Positions 1 through 10,387 of a stretch of DNA of 64,000 nucleotides are shown one piece after another. The position numbers were made by a program, and so were the translations under genes. The stretch comes from a virus (Duplodnaviria > Caudoviricetes): IMG/VR virus record IMGVR_UViG_3300037067_019204, positions 64,001 through 128,000 of that record, one strand, 5' to 3'. The stretch's first letter is position 1. Each line of letters starts with the position of its first letter. A model generated the notes under the pieces. The model was not told the origin of the DNA, did no database searches, and saw nothing but the letters and a program-made list of their open reading frames with translations.

Positions 1-2
1 AA

Positions 3-1136
3 TATGGTACATGGTGGGATGCTTTGAATTTTGCTATTTATTTACAAAATCTTGATGCTTTAGATGGTTTAATTTGTTCTAATGTGTTTGATGTTAATCA
101 AAGAGATTCAAATAATCATTCAAAAACAGCTTTAATGTTTGCTATTGAAAATAAAAAATATGAATCAGTTAATCGTTTGATTGAGTTGGGTGCTAACACA
201 GCATCTCGTGATGATTTGGGTAGAACACCACTTTATTTTGCATCAGAATTAGGTGATTTAGAAACAGTATTTATGTTATTGGGGTCCAATGTTTCAATAA
301 TAGATAAACCAGATGTTCTTGGTAAAACACCTCTTATGGTTGCTTCTGAAAAGGGATTTAGTACTATAGTTGATTTTTTAATTAAAAATGGGGCATCAGT
401 GTCTTTAAAAGATATTTCTGGTAAGAATGCTTTAATGTTTGCTTCTAAAAATGGAAATTTAGAGGTTGTTAAACTACTTGTGGAAGCTGGGATTCCTATA
501 GAAGCTAAAGATTTTTCTGGAAACACAGCATTAATTCTTGCAGCACCTATGACTTCTGGTGGCTATAAAGATATTGTTGAATATTTTATTGATAATAATG
601 CTAATATTAATTCTAAAAATAATCAATACCAAACTATTTTAATGTGGGCAGCAAAAAAAGATTATACAGATTTATTGGAAAAATTGCTTGCTAAAGGAGC
701 AAGTTTTGACTTAAAAGATGCAAATACTTGGATGGCTATTGATTGGGCAATAGAGTGGGGTAATACTAAATCTGTTGATATATTAAGAGCTTATTCAAAC
801 CCAAATCCAGAAATAGATATAGATTCTTCAGGATTAGAAATTATTAATGGGAAAACAATTTTTTCTTTTGTTGATAAAGAAAAAGATACTCCTATTAAAT
901 TTACAATAAAAAACAATGGTTATAGGGATTTAGTTATAAAAAGTATAACTTCAGATAATTATTCTTTTGTTATTAATTCAACAAATACAATTAATCTTCT
1001 TGAAAAACACAAAAGTACAACTTTTACTGTTAAATTTGTTCCTACTGAAACAGGAACAGTTGTGGGGAATATTTCTATAATAAATAATGACCCTGATGAA
1101 TCTAATTTTACTTTTGGGTGTGTTGGGATGGCATAA
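3..1136 (+). CDS. Ankyrin-repeat protein with C-terminal Ig-like (ASH/choice-of-anchor-D-like) domain; 5' end lies outside the window
   Basis: About 7 ankyrin repeats (G-x-TPL/TAL-x-x-A). C-terminal PEIDI...FTIKNNG...L.I...F.V.F.P...G...I.NNDPDE pattern. Frame is open upstream of 24 to the window edge. Confidence 0.85.
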   Translation, partial: YGTWWDALNFAIYLQNLDALDGLICSNVFDVNQRDSNNHSKTALMFAIENKKYESVNRLIELGANTASRDDLGRTPLYFASELGDLETVFMLLGSNVSIIDKPDVLGKTPLMVASEKGFSTIVDFLIKNGASVSLKDISGKNALMFASKNGNLEVVKLLVEAGIPIEAKDFSGNTALILAAPMTSGGYKDIVEYFIDNNANINSKNNQYQTILMWAAKKDYTDLLEKLLAKGASFDLKDANTWMAIDWAIEWGNTKSVDILRAYSNPNPEIDIDSSGLEIINGKTIFSFVDKEKDTPIKFTIKNNGYRDLVIKSITSDNYSFVINSTNTINLLEKHKSTTFTVKFVPTETGTVVGNISIINNDPDESNFTFGCVGMA

Positions 1137-3235
1137 TGGGTATTAATATAATTGAATTACAGGGATTTGGATCATATAGATATTATACTAAAATAAATTT
1201 TCCTCCTTCTGGATTAATTGGTATAATAGGCGCATATGATTCTAATCCATTAAAAAGCAATGGGAGTGGTAAAACCACTCTTATTTCATCTATTTTATAT
1301 GCTTTTTTTGGAGAGGGTGAATTTTCTAGAAAAGATGAGCTTGTAAATGATTTTCTTTTTAATGAAGATATGTTTGTTAAAATTCATTCTACTTTTTCTG
1401 GAAATAATTACGTTATAGAACGTGGTATTAAAACTAGTGGTAGTTCTTATTTAGAATTTAAAGAAAATGGAGTTTCAAAAGGAAAAAGCATACAAGAATG
1501 TAATAAAGCTATAATAGATGTTTTGGGACGAGATTATGATATGCTTACAGCTTCTTGTTTTTTTGAACAAGGAAATATAGATAAATTTATAAATATTAGT
1601 CCTGAACCAAGACGACAATATATTGATAAAATTTTGGGTTTAGAAGAATGGAGAAGAATTCTTAAATTAACTATTAAGAAATATAAAAATTCTGAGGTTG
1701 CAGTTACAAACATAAAAAAAATAATTGATGGTCTTCAAACGGAACATTCTTTAGTAGAATCACGGTTATTACTAAAAAATGATGCAGAAAACAAAGTTTT
1801 CTTTTTTAAAAAAGAATTAGAAGATAAAAGAAATGTATTACAGTCTTTGGAGAAATCAATCAATTATATTAATGATTTAACTAGAATTGAGAAAGAAATA
1901 AAAACAAAATCAGAACATATAGAAAATAAAATAAAAGATTTTAATATCTATCAAAATGACATAAGTTCTTTATCTACTGAAATTGATAATGTGACTGAAA
2001 ATATTATTATGTGTTCTGCTAATAAAGAACATATAGATAAATTACAAAATGATGTTCTCTTATTAGAGAATAGTATAAAAGAATTAGAGACAAAAAATGA
2101 TACTATCACAAATAAAATTACTTTCTATAAAGTTGAGGAATCAAGAATAAAACAGATAATACTTAATCATGAGAAAATGAAAAAAAATTTAATAGAAGGT
2201 ATTTGCCCAACTTGTAAACAAAATATAACAAATGTATATGTTTCTGAAAAACATTCAGAATATGATTTAATTATAAAAAATAATAAAATTATTATTGACA
2301 ATAATAACAAAGAGTTAGAAACTCTAATCAAAGAACAGGAAAAGACTAATTTAGATAAAAGTATTAATAAAGATCTTATTAAAGATTTACAAGAAAAAAT
2401 TAGATTAAAAGAATCTAAAAAAGGAATTCTTGAAAATAATAGAATAAAACTTCTTACTGAATTTAATTTAAAAACAGAGGAAATAGATAAATTAAGTAAT
2501 GAAATTAATTTTATTAATACTGAAATAAAAAATTTGATTTTAGAAAAAGAGGATATAAAAAATAAAATACCAGAGGGTGTTCATACACAAATTTTAGAAA
2601 TAAAAAAAGATATCTTTGAAAAAGAAAAATTATTAGAGGATTGTACTATACAATTAGGACAATTTGTTGAATTAGAAAATTCATTTAAATGTTTAAGTAA
2701 CACACTTGATGATACAAAAGAATCCTTAAAAAAGGGAGAAAAATCATTATATATTTATAATACTTTATCTAATATTTTTCAAGAAATTATAAGTTCTATT
2801 TTTGAACAATCAATTGATGATATTAAAACTGTATCTAATAATATAATACATCAGATTATACCAGATGTTTCTGTTAATATATATGAGGATGGTTCTAAAC
2901 AAAATAAACTTATTATTGATTTTGATGTTAATGGAAAATCAAGAAGTTATAAAAGACTTTCTGGTGGTCAACAAACAATAGTAAACATTGGTCTTCGTTT
3001 AGGATTTTCTAAAGTTATAAAAGAATGGGCAAACACTGATGTTGGGTTTGTTGTCTTAGATGAGCCTTTTGGTTCTTTAGATAAAGAAAATAGAGAATTG
3101 GTTAAAAGATTATTAACAAATATGTTAGATTGGTTTGAACAAGTATTTGTAATTTCTCATGTTGAAAGTATAGATGAGTTTCCTAATGTTGTATTAGTGA
3201 GAATGTCACCTGAAGGGTTTAGTTATATTGAATAA
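1136..3235 (+). CDS. SbcC/Rad50/T4 gp46-like SMC-family ATPase
   Basis: Walker A NGSGKTT, Q-loop FEQG, long coiled coil with CPTC zinc hook, LSGGQ signature, Walker B/D-loop VLDEPFGSLD, ISH. ATG at 1136 overlaps the upstream TAA (TAATG). Confidence 0.9.
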   Translation: MGINIIELQGFGSYRYYTKINFPPSGLIGIIGAYDSNPLKSNGSGKTTLISSILYAFFGEGEFSRKDELVNDFLFNEDMFVKIHSTFSGNNYVIERGIKTSGSSYLEFKENGVSKGKSIQECNKAIIDVLGRDYDMLTASCFFEQGNIDKFINISPEPRRQYIDKILGLEEWRRILKLTIKKYKNSEVAVTNIKKIIDGLQTEHSLVESRLLLKNDAENKVFFFKKELEDKRNVLQSLEKSINYINDLTRIEKEIKTKSEHIENKIKDFNIYQNDISSLSTEIDNVTENIIMCSANKEHIDKLQNDVLLLENSIKELETKNDTITNKITFYKVEESRIKQIILNHEKMKKNLIEGICPTCKQNITNVYVSEKHSEYDLIIKNNKIIIDNNNKELETLIKEQEKTNLDKSINKDLIKDLQEKIRLKESKKGILENNRIKLLTEFNLKTEEIDKLSNEINFINTEIKNLILEKEDIKNKIPEGVHTQILEIKKDIFEKEKLLEDCTIQLGQFVELENSFKCLSNTLDDTKESLKKGEKSLYIYNTLSNIFQEIISSIFEQSIDDIKTVSNNIIHQIIPDVSVNIYEDGSKQNKLIIDFDVNGKSRSYKRLSGGQQTIVNIGLRLGFSKVIKEWANTDVGFVVLDEPFGSLDKENRELVKRLLTNMLDWFEQVFVISHVESIDEFPNVVLVRMSPEGFSYIE

Positions 3236-3237
3236 TA

Positions 3238-3259
3238 ACGATTTCGGAGCCATAAACGT
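3238..3259. promoter_or_regulatory. 22-bp palindromic motif, copy 1
   Basis: ACGATTTCGGAGCCATAAACGT, intergenic, about 30 bp upstream of the 3289 start. Variant of the copies at 14492, 34422 and 54338. Confidence 0.6.
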
Positions 3260-3288
3260 TTTTGTTATAAGTAAAAAAGGAGGATTAT

Positions 3289-4767
3289 ATGATATTAACT
3301 AAAATTTATGAAGAATTTGTTGAAACAACATCATTACGAGATGGTTTATATAAAACTGTTTTTTCCAGAATTTGGGAAGTTTTAGATAAAATAAAAGATA
3401 TTAAATGGATAAAATTAAAATATACAATTGATGATAAAGAATATATTACTGATTTTACCACAACAAGAACTGTCCCTCTTTACATTGTAGAGATTATACA
3501 AAATTTAATAGATAAATCATATTCTTTTCCAGAAAATAGTACTGTATTTCTAGATGTAGAATACAAAGGAATTCCTTATATAATAAAATGTATTAATGAT
3601 AAAATACTTATTCCTGAAGAATTAGAATTTATAAGAGAGATGAACATTTTTAGATTTTTTTTGGTTACTAAAAAAGTCTTTGATGTTTTTTCAGAGTTTG
3701 ATGATATTTTTAGCTTTGTTAATAATTTTAAAACAAAAATAAATAGTGTGTATATACCCCTTCAAAAACAATTTGATAAAAAATTGGCAAAGGAACGAAT
3801 AGACTTGGGAGAAATTTCTACAGAGAAGGTTGCATCTACTCAATCATTAGTTGAGAATCTTAAGAACAGTAGGAAAGATGTATTATCTAATATAGAATCT
3901 TTAAGAGAGTCCAAAGAAAGATTAATTTCTGATAAAAATAATATATCTAAAGCTGTTAGATCTAGAAGGGGTTTGGAAGCAGAACGTGATTCTTTAAAAC
4001 TTGAACATGAAAGTCTTAAAGAAATATATACAGATTACAAAACAAAATTTGATAAAACAGTAGATTTAATTTCTGAAGTTGATGTTGAACTTGAGGGACT
4101 TGTTTATTTAAAGACAAACAATTCCAATGAATATAATGAAGAGTTTCATAATTTTCTTTTGGATAGGAAAGAGTTAATTGTAAAAGATAAAAATTTGTTA
4201 ATATCTATGGCTACTGATACTAAAGGATTAATGGATTCTATTTCGGTTAGATTAATCTCTTTAGGAAATATGATAAGAAAAATAGAAAATTATTCTGAGG
4301 CTGATATAATATCTCTTACAGATAAAATAGAGGAGAAAGAAAAAAAATTAAATGATTCTTTTATTGCTCTAACATCAATGGATAATGAAATAAAACATCA
4401 AACAAGTAAATCAATTTCTGAAAGAATAGAAGTTGAATCTACTCGTACTGAAAAAAATATGCACACTTATTCAGTTGGAATAGATGATATAGAAAAGAAA
4501 GATATTACTGATCATTTATTTACTTCGCTTCAACCAACATCAGTTACAGTTGTTATGAATTATTTGAGATATTATTTTGCGTATCATACTACTAAAATTG
4601 CGGCAGGGTTGGTTGATACTTATCCAAAACTTGATTCTTCAATATTGCAAGCTATAGCATGCAAGTTAGTTTTAGCAAAAAATTTTGGGATATCATATAG
4701 TAATATTTTTTCTTATGTAAATTTTGTAGATAGTCGTATTGATAAACTTATTCTCATTAAGGATTAA
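3289..4767 (+). CDS. Hypothetical coiled-coil protein
   Basis: 492-aa ORF with AGGAGG RBS and long heptad-rich central region. Confidence 0.75.
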   Translation: MILTKIYEEFVETTSLRDGLYKTVFSRIWEVLDKIKDIKWIKLKYTIDDKEYITDFTTTRTVPLYIVEIIQNLIDKSYSFPENSTVFLDVEYKGIPYIIKCINDKILIPEELEFIREMNIFRFFLVTKKVFDVFSEFDDIFSFVNNFKTKINSVYIPLQKQFDKKLAKERIDLGEISTEKVASTQSLVENLKNSRKDVLSNIESLRESKERLISDKNNISKAVRSRRGLEAERDSLKLEHESLKEIYTDYKTKFDKTVDLISEVDVELEGLVYLKTNNSNEYNEEFHNFLLDRKELIVKDKNLLISMATDTKGLMDSISVRLISLGNMIRKIENYSEADIISLTDKIEEKEKKLNDSFIALTSMDNEIKHQTSKSISERIEVESTRTEKNMHTYSVGIDDIEKKDITDHLFTSLQPTSVTVVMNYLRYYFAYHTTKIAAGLVDTYPKLDSSILQAIACKLVLAKNFGISYSNIFSYVNFVDSRIDKLILIKD

Positions 4768-4771
4768 TAAT

Positions 4772-5170
4772 ATGATTCCTTTTTTTAGAAAATTATTTAA
4801 TAGGAAAGAACGATCTACAAAAAATTTTGTTAAAAATATTACCAAAATGTCTTCTTTATCAGAAGAAATAAAAATTAGGGCAAATGAATTGAATACTATT
4901 GAATATAATATACTATTGGAAGATAAGGATAATGTTTATATATCGTTATCTGATTTTATTGATATAACTAAAGTATCTAATATTAAAATAGAAGATGTTA
5001 TATTAAAATTTAAACATATTACTGAATTAAAAACAGAAAATTCTTCTACAATAGAAATATATGCTATACCAGAAGATGGTCATATTGTTTTATGTCCAGA
5101 TATAAAAGAATGTGAACGCCATAAAGATTATAAAGGCGAAAAAACAAAAATAACAAGTATACGGAGATAA
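4772..5170 (+). CDS. Hypothetical protein
   Basis: ORF in operon context; ATG at 4772 chosen as the first start after the upstream stop. Confidence 0.65.
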   Translation: MIPFFRKLFNRKERSTKNFVKNITKMSSLSEEIKIRANELNTIEYNILLEDKDNVYISLSDFIDITKVSNIKIEDVILKFKHITELKTENSSTIEIYAIPEDGHIVLCPDIKECERHKDYKGEKTKITSIRR

Positions 5171-5172
5171 TA

Positions 5173-5964
5173 GTGGATTCCAGTACAGGCCCAATTGTAT
5201 TATATGATAACAATAATCAAGTTTCTGTTGGGGAAACAGAGGGTTATGGGCATACACTAAGACATGGCACTCTTTGTCTTATTTGTCAAAGACCTGATCT
5301 AAATGAAGTAAATCTTATGAGGGCAAGAGATTTAATGACTTATAAGCAAATATCTGATATAAAAAAAATTAGTGTAGATACTTTAGATTTACATTTTAGA
5401 AATCATTTTATTGTTAGAGAAAGTCGCCAGAAATTTTTAGATATAAAAGAACATGGTAATCCAAATGCAATTAGTCTAATTGCAAAGATATTTGAAGGTG
5501 AACTTGATATTAATGCTGGGGCAAGAGGAGTCCTTGAATCTAAAGCAGAGCGTCTTACTTATATAAGAAGTAGGATGCATGTTTTAACAGATAGACAAGA
5601 GATATCAGAACCAGATGAAGTTGCTATAGAAGAATTGCGTGATTTAAACAGGTTAGCGGAAGATATAGAAAATTCTATTTTAAAAGCATGGCAAATAGTT
5701 GATAAAAAAATGTTTCCATTTAAAAAAGAAGTATTGCAGGATGCTATTATAGAATATAAGCTAGATGTTGCAGTTAAAACTTTAGAAAAAGTACAATTAG
5801 CACTTATGGGTATTGAAATAGAGGAGCCAGACTCTCGTGATTTAATATTTAAAATTAGAAAGCGTCTTGCATCTTTATTTAATCAAATAGAAGAAGAAAT
5901 ATTAAAAACTGGTGGTGTTATTACACCAAAAGTAGTAAATCATAATGATACTGATTATAAGTAA
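5173..5964 (+). CDS. Zn-finger/HTH phage protein (possible terminase small subunit-like)
   Basis: CLIC...HTH-like TYKQISDIKKISVDTL...HFRNH followed by helical coiled coils. Confidence 0.4.
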   Translation: MDSSTGPIVLYDNNNQVSVGETEGYGHTLRHGTLCLICQRPDLNEVNLMRARDLMTYKQISDIKKISVDTLDLHFRNHFIVRESRQKFLDIKEHGNPNAISLIAKIFEGELDINAGARGVLESKAERLTYIRSRMHVLTDRQEISEPDEVAIEELRDLNRLAEDIENSILKAWQIVDKKMFPFKKEVLQDAIIEYKLDVAVKTLEKVQLALMGIEIEEPDSRDLIFKIRKRLASLFNQIEEEILKTGGVITPKVVNHNDTDYK

Positions 5965-6015
5965 TACAATACTATTCAAATGAAACCAATTTTAGAATAA
6001 AAGGATTCAGGAGTA

Positions 6016-6900
6016 GTGGAAATGTCAAGAAGAAATAATAAATTGTTGTATATAGATGATATGAACGTAACAAATAGAACAAAAAAGAAACGTTCAGGAG
6101 ATATTCTTATGCCACAACCAAAAACAAAATACGTACCTCCACCGGAGATTGCTTATAAGGGCAATAATATAATATTAAAAACCATAGTTCTTATTCTTTA
6201 TAAAATAAGAATTTCCTCTATTTACTATAAAATAAATAAAGTTATTAATTTTCTTTCTTTAAAACAAGTAAGTTGGTTATCTTTTGTTGTTTTTATATTA
6301 ATAACTGCGGGAGCAGCAACTTTTGCTTATAATAACACTGGATTAAACAGAATATATATTAAACCTCATGCATTCTCAGCATCTCAAAAAATTGATAAAT
6401 TATATCAATCTTGGTTTTATTACAATCATTTAATGACAAAAAAAGAGTTTATGGAAGTGTGGATTGATTTATTTGCTGATTCTAAATATATGCATGGTGC
6501 AAATCTTCCAAAAGGAAGATATGATTGTATTGGTGCAGTAGCAACAGCTTTACAATATTTTGGTGCAAATATTCAAAAAATGAGCATACCTTCATTAGTA
6601 TCTTTGTGTGAGAATTATAGACAAAAAAAAGAATTGGATAAAAGAACCAATTACAATAAAGTTAAACTTGGTGATATTATTATTATCCAAACACAACCAA
6701 ATTCTCCTTCGCATGTTGGTTTGGTTTGGGGAACTAATAATGGGTGGGTAGAATATGTAGATGAAAATGTGAGACCTATGGGAATGGGGTTTGAACATGA
6801 ACGATGGGGTAGTGGAAGAATATATGCAATATATGAACTTTCATTTCCTTTATGGGCTGGAAATATTTTAAAAGAATGTGGTGAGAGACCTGTTAGATAA
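6016..6900 (+). CDS. Membrane-anchored NlpC/P60-like cell-wall peptidase
   Basis: TM segment VSWLSFVVFILITAGAA; catalytic-like YDCIG, GDIII, SHVGLV motifs. Confidence 0.7.
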   Translation: MEMSRRNNKLLYIDDMNVTNRTKKKRSGDILMPQPKTKYVPPPEIAYKGNNIILKTIVLILYKIRISSIYYKINKVINFLSLKQVSWLSFVVFILITAGAATFAYNNTGLNRIYIKPHAFSASQKIDKLYQSWFYYNHLMTKKEFMEVWIDLFADSKYMHGANLPKGRYDCIGAVATALQYFGANIQKMSIPSLVSLCENYRQKKELDKRTNYNKVKLGDIIIIQTQPNSPSHVGLVWGTNNGWVEYVDENVRPMGMGFEHERWGSGRIYAIYELSFPLWAGNILKECGERPVR

Positions 6901-6968
6901 TATGATACAGATATGTAAAGGCATATTTATATAATCATATATAAATTAGTAATAAAAAGGAGTTTTTA

Positions 6969-8888
6969 ATGCAAACACAGAGAATAAATAATCTATTTAG
7001 AGAATTTATACGAATTAAAAATTATTCAAAATGGGTTGATGAGAAAAATTGTAGAGAAACTTGGGAAGATACTGTTAATAGGTACTTTTCTTATATACAA
7101 AAAAATATAAAAACTGGAATAACAGAAAAAGAATACAAAGAATGTTATGAGTATGTATTAACTTATAAAGTTATGCCTAGTATGAGGGCTTTATGGAGTT
7201 CTGGACCTGCCGCAGATGCAGATAATTTGGCATTTTATAATTGTTCTTTTACAACAATAGAGTCTTTAAGGGATATGTCTGAAATATTATATATATTGAT
7301 GAATGGTTGTGGGGCAGGGTTTTCTGTAGAAAAAAAATATGTTAATAATATACCTGCTATTTGTGAGACACTAAAGAATACACAAGAAATACAAATAATA
7401 TTTGAAGATAGTAAATTAGGATGGGCAGAAGGATTTGAAAAAGTATTAAATTGTTTGTGGGAAGGAATTCCTTTTAAATGTGATTATAGTAAGCTTAGAC
7501 CTAGAGGTTCTATTTTAAAAACTTTTGGAGGCAGAGCTAGTGGTCCAGAGCCTTTAATAGACTTGGTTAAGTTTACAACAGAAATAGTGCAAAAAAATCG
7601 TGGTTTACAATTACAGCCAATAGATGTACATGATATTATATGTAAAATAGCAGAAATTGTAGTAGTTGGTGGAGTTAGAAGAAGTGCTCTTATTTCCCTT
7701 TCTGATTTGACAGATAAACAATTAGCTACAGCTAAATCAGGAGAATTTGCAAGGTTATATCCGCAACGACAACTTGCAAACAATAGTGTTGCTTATACAA
7801 GAATACCTGATATGGTATCTTTTTTAGAAGAATGGAAACATTTATATCAATCTAAAAGTGGTGAAAGGGGTATATTTAGTAGGGTAGCCGCGCAAACGAA
7901 AGGATTTGAAAATGATAGAAGAGATGGTTCTAAGATAATAGGTACAAATCCTTGCGGGGAAGTTTTATTACGATCAAAGCAATTGTGTAATTTAACAGAA
8001 GTTATAGTTAGACCGGAAGATACATTTGAAACTTTAAAAAGTAAAGTAAAAGTAGCTGCCACTTTAGGAACATGGCAAGCCTCTTTTACTAAATTTAATT
8101 ATGTTAGTACTACATGGGAAAAAAATTGTAAAGAAGAAGCTTTGCTTGGTGTATCTTTAACAGGACTTAGGGATCATCCTATACTTGGGCAGGTTAATGA
8201 TACAGCTAAAAAATGGTTGGCAGATTTAAAGCATATTGCTATACATACAAATAAAAAAGTAGCTACAAAAATAAATATTAATAGAGCTGCTGCAATTACA
8301 TGTGTTAAACCTTCTGGTACAGTTTCTTTATTAGTAGATAGTTCTGCTGGTGCACATGTGAGGCAAACAAAAACTGGATATTATTTACGAAGAGTTAGAC
8401 TATCATCTACTGATCCTATTTTTAAATTATTGAAAGATCAAGGAATGGAATTTAAATGTGAAATTGGGCAATCTCCTGATTCTTGTACCACATGGGTAGT
8501 AGAGTTTCCTTGTAAAGCACCTGTAAATGTAAGAACAAAATCTATTGAAACTGCTAAGGAACAATTGGAGTATTGGCAAATGTTAAGAAATTTTTGGTGT
8601 GAACACAATCCATCAATTACTATTACTGTTAAAGAGGATGAATGGTTGTACTCTGCGGCATGGGTTTATGAAAATTTTCAAGAAATAGGGGGGCTAACAT
8701 TTTTTCCTTCTTCTGAGCACACATATCAATTGGCACCATTTGAGGATATAGATAAAAAAACATATGAAATGCTTGTTTCCAAATTTCCTGATATAAATTT
8801 TTCAAAACTTTCAGAATATGAAAAAGATGATTTAACAGAAGGGTCTAAAGAATATGCCTGTGTAAGTGGAAGTTGTGAATTGAGGTAA
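6969..8888 (+). CDS. nrdJ: Class II (adenosylcobalamin-dependent) ribonucleotide reductase
   Basis: RETW, PSMRAL, NCSF, GGVRRSA, active-site TNPCGE, CNL, VKPSGT, C-terminal CVSGSC Cys pair; no beta subunit gene nearby. Confidence 0.9.
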   Translation: MQTQRINNLFREFIRIKNYSKWVDEKNCRETWEDTVNRYFSYIQKNIKTGITEKEYKECYEYVLTYKVMPSMRALWSSGPAADADNLAFYNCSFTTIESLRDMSEILYILMNGCGAGFSVEKKYVNNIPAICETLKNTQEIQIIFEDSKLGWAEGFEKVLNCLWEGIPFKCDYSKLRPRGSILKTFGGRASGPEPLIDLVKFTTEIVQKNRGLQLQPIDVHDIICKIAEIVVVGGVRRSALISLSDLTDKQLATAKSGEFARLYPQRQLANNSVAYTRIPDMVSFLEEWKHLYQSKSGERGIFSRVAAQTKGFENDRRDGSKIIGTNPCGEVLLRSKQLCNLTEVIVRPEDTFETLKSKVKVAATLGTWQASFTKFNYVSTTWEKNCKEEALLGVSLTGLRDHPILGQVNDTAKKWLADLKHIAIHTNKKVATKININRAAAITCVKPSGTVSLLVDSSAGAHVRQTKTGYYLRRVRLSSTDPIFKLLKDQGMEFKCEIGQSPDSCTTWVVEFPCKAPVNVRTKSIETAKEQLEYWQMLRNFWCEHNPSITITVKEDEWLYSAAWVYENFQEIGGLTFFPSSEHTYQLAPFEDIDKKTYEMLVSKFPDINFSKLSEYEKDDLTEGSKEYACVSGSCELR

Positions 8889-8890
8889 AA

Positions 8891-9952
8891 ATGTATTCTG
8901 ATAAATTAGGTATTATTTATAAAGTAACAAATAGACTTAATAAAAAAGTTTATATTGGACAAACTGTGAAAAGTTTAGAAAAAAGAAAACTTGAGCATAT
9001 AAATACCTCTTATAGAGGAAGGGGGTTTTATTTTCATAGAGCTTTGCGGAAGTATTCATCTTCTGCCTTTATATGGGAAATTTTAGGAGAGGGTTTAACA
9101 AAAGATGAACGAGATTCTTGTGAAAAAACCTGTATAGAATTTTTTGATTCCACAAACCCTATTTATGGATATAATGTACATATAGGTGGGACAGGTGGAG
9201 ACACAATAACAAAAAATATTAACAAAGAAGAAATTAGAAAAAAAATATCCATATCTTGTAAAAATTTATCAAATGATAAAAAATTACATAGAAAAGAGGC
9301 TAGGGAAAAGTCTTATGAAAGAAATAATTCTAAAATTAATGCTGTATTAAAATTAAAAGAAACATTGTTAAATAACCCGGAAATAAAAATTAATGCAGAG
9401 AAAAAAAGACTTTTTACTATAAAAAATAAATATGATGATTTCTATACATACATTACAAAGAAACGTATGCAAACCGAAAAAGCTCATCCAGAGATTCAAG
9501 AAAAGAGAACTTTAAGTTATAAAACAACTTTAAAAAAGAATCCTGAAATAACTATAAAAAAAGTATTTTCTTTTAAAGAAACTCTATCTAAAAATCCTGA
9601 TATTATGAAAAAGTTAATTAAAAAAAGAGAAAAATTTTTAGAGCAAAATCCTAACTTTTTAAAAAAAGTTAATGATAAAAGATTGGAGTATGAAAGGCAA
9701 CATCCAGAGATTCAAAAGAAACGAACAGAATCTTATAAAAGGACACTTATTAATAACCCAGAAATAGCAAAAAATAGAGGAGAGAAGTATAAAAAAGATT
9801 GTGCTTTAAGGAATGATATTAAAAGTAGATGCGAAATGTTAATTAAAAATAATTCTAATATTGTTGTTAGTATTAATCCCCCATCAAATCATAAAGGAAG
9901 TAAAGTATGGGAAGATTTTGAGAAAACACTCATTTTAATGTTAAAATCTTAA
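8891..9952 (+). CDS. Free-standing GIY-YIG homing endonuclease with 18-aa tandem repeats
   Basis: GIIYKVTN...VYIGQT, R..EH, E..I, GYN...GG. The C-terminal half carries NPE/HPE repeats. Confidence 0.85.
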   Translation: MYSDKLGIIYKVTNRLNKKVYIGQTVKSLEKRKLEHINTSYRGRGFYFHRALRKYSSSAFIWEILGEGLTKDERDSCEKTCIEFFDSTNPIYGYNVHIGGTGGDTITKNINKEEIRKKISISCKNLSNDKKLHRKEAREKSYERNNSKINAVLKLKETLLNNPEIKINAEKKRLFTIKNKYDDFYTYITKKRMQTEKAHPEIQEKRTLSYKTTLKKNPEITIKKVFSFKETLSKNPDIMKKLIKKREKFLEQNPNFLKKVNDKRLEYERQHPEIQKKRTESYKRTLINNPEIAKNRGEKYKKDCALRNDIKSRCEMLIKNNSNIVVSINPPSNHKGSKVWEDFEKTLILMLKS

Positions 9953-9966
9953 TAGGTTAAATATAA

Positions 9967-10017
9967 AAATGCTCAAATCCTGAATGTGGTTTTTCTAAAT
10001 GTGGGTATATTATCTAA
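9967..10017 (+). pseudogene. Possible relic of a different NrdJ C-terminus
   Basis: Startless frame reads KCSNPECGFSKCGYII-stop, resembling the C-x(n)-CG[YF]SKC tail of many NrdJ proteins. Confidence 0.4.
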
Positions 10018-10083
10018 ATATAGGTAAAAATACTTAATTATTTGATTAAATTTTCTAGTTTTTATATTAGTTAAAGAGGAAAA

Positions 10084-10350
10084 ATGATAACATATACTGA
10101 AATGCAATTTCATATTAATGAAATATATAGATATTGTAATGAAATTATTGATAATTTAGATGGTGTAAAAAATATCAACAAAAAAAAGGATATATCTGCT
10201 TTTTTAGATAGAATAAGTGAATGCTCAATTAATATTCAAGGATGTGCTGAAATAGTTGGTCTATCTATTCATGAAATCTTTGATATAAATCAAAGAATGG
10301 TTAGTAAGTTTAAGGAAATAGAATCAGACATAGACGATATGGACGAATAG
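10084..10350 (+). CDS. Hypothetical protein
   Basis: 88-aa ORF with GAGGA RBS. Confidence 0.65.
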   Translation: MITYTEMQFHINEIYRYCNEIIDNLDGVKNINKKKDISAFLDRISECSINIQGCAEIVGLSIHEIFDINQRMVSKFKEIESDIDDMDE

Positions 10351-10387
10351 TTGTAATAATACAATATTAAACATGGAGAACAAATAA

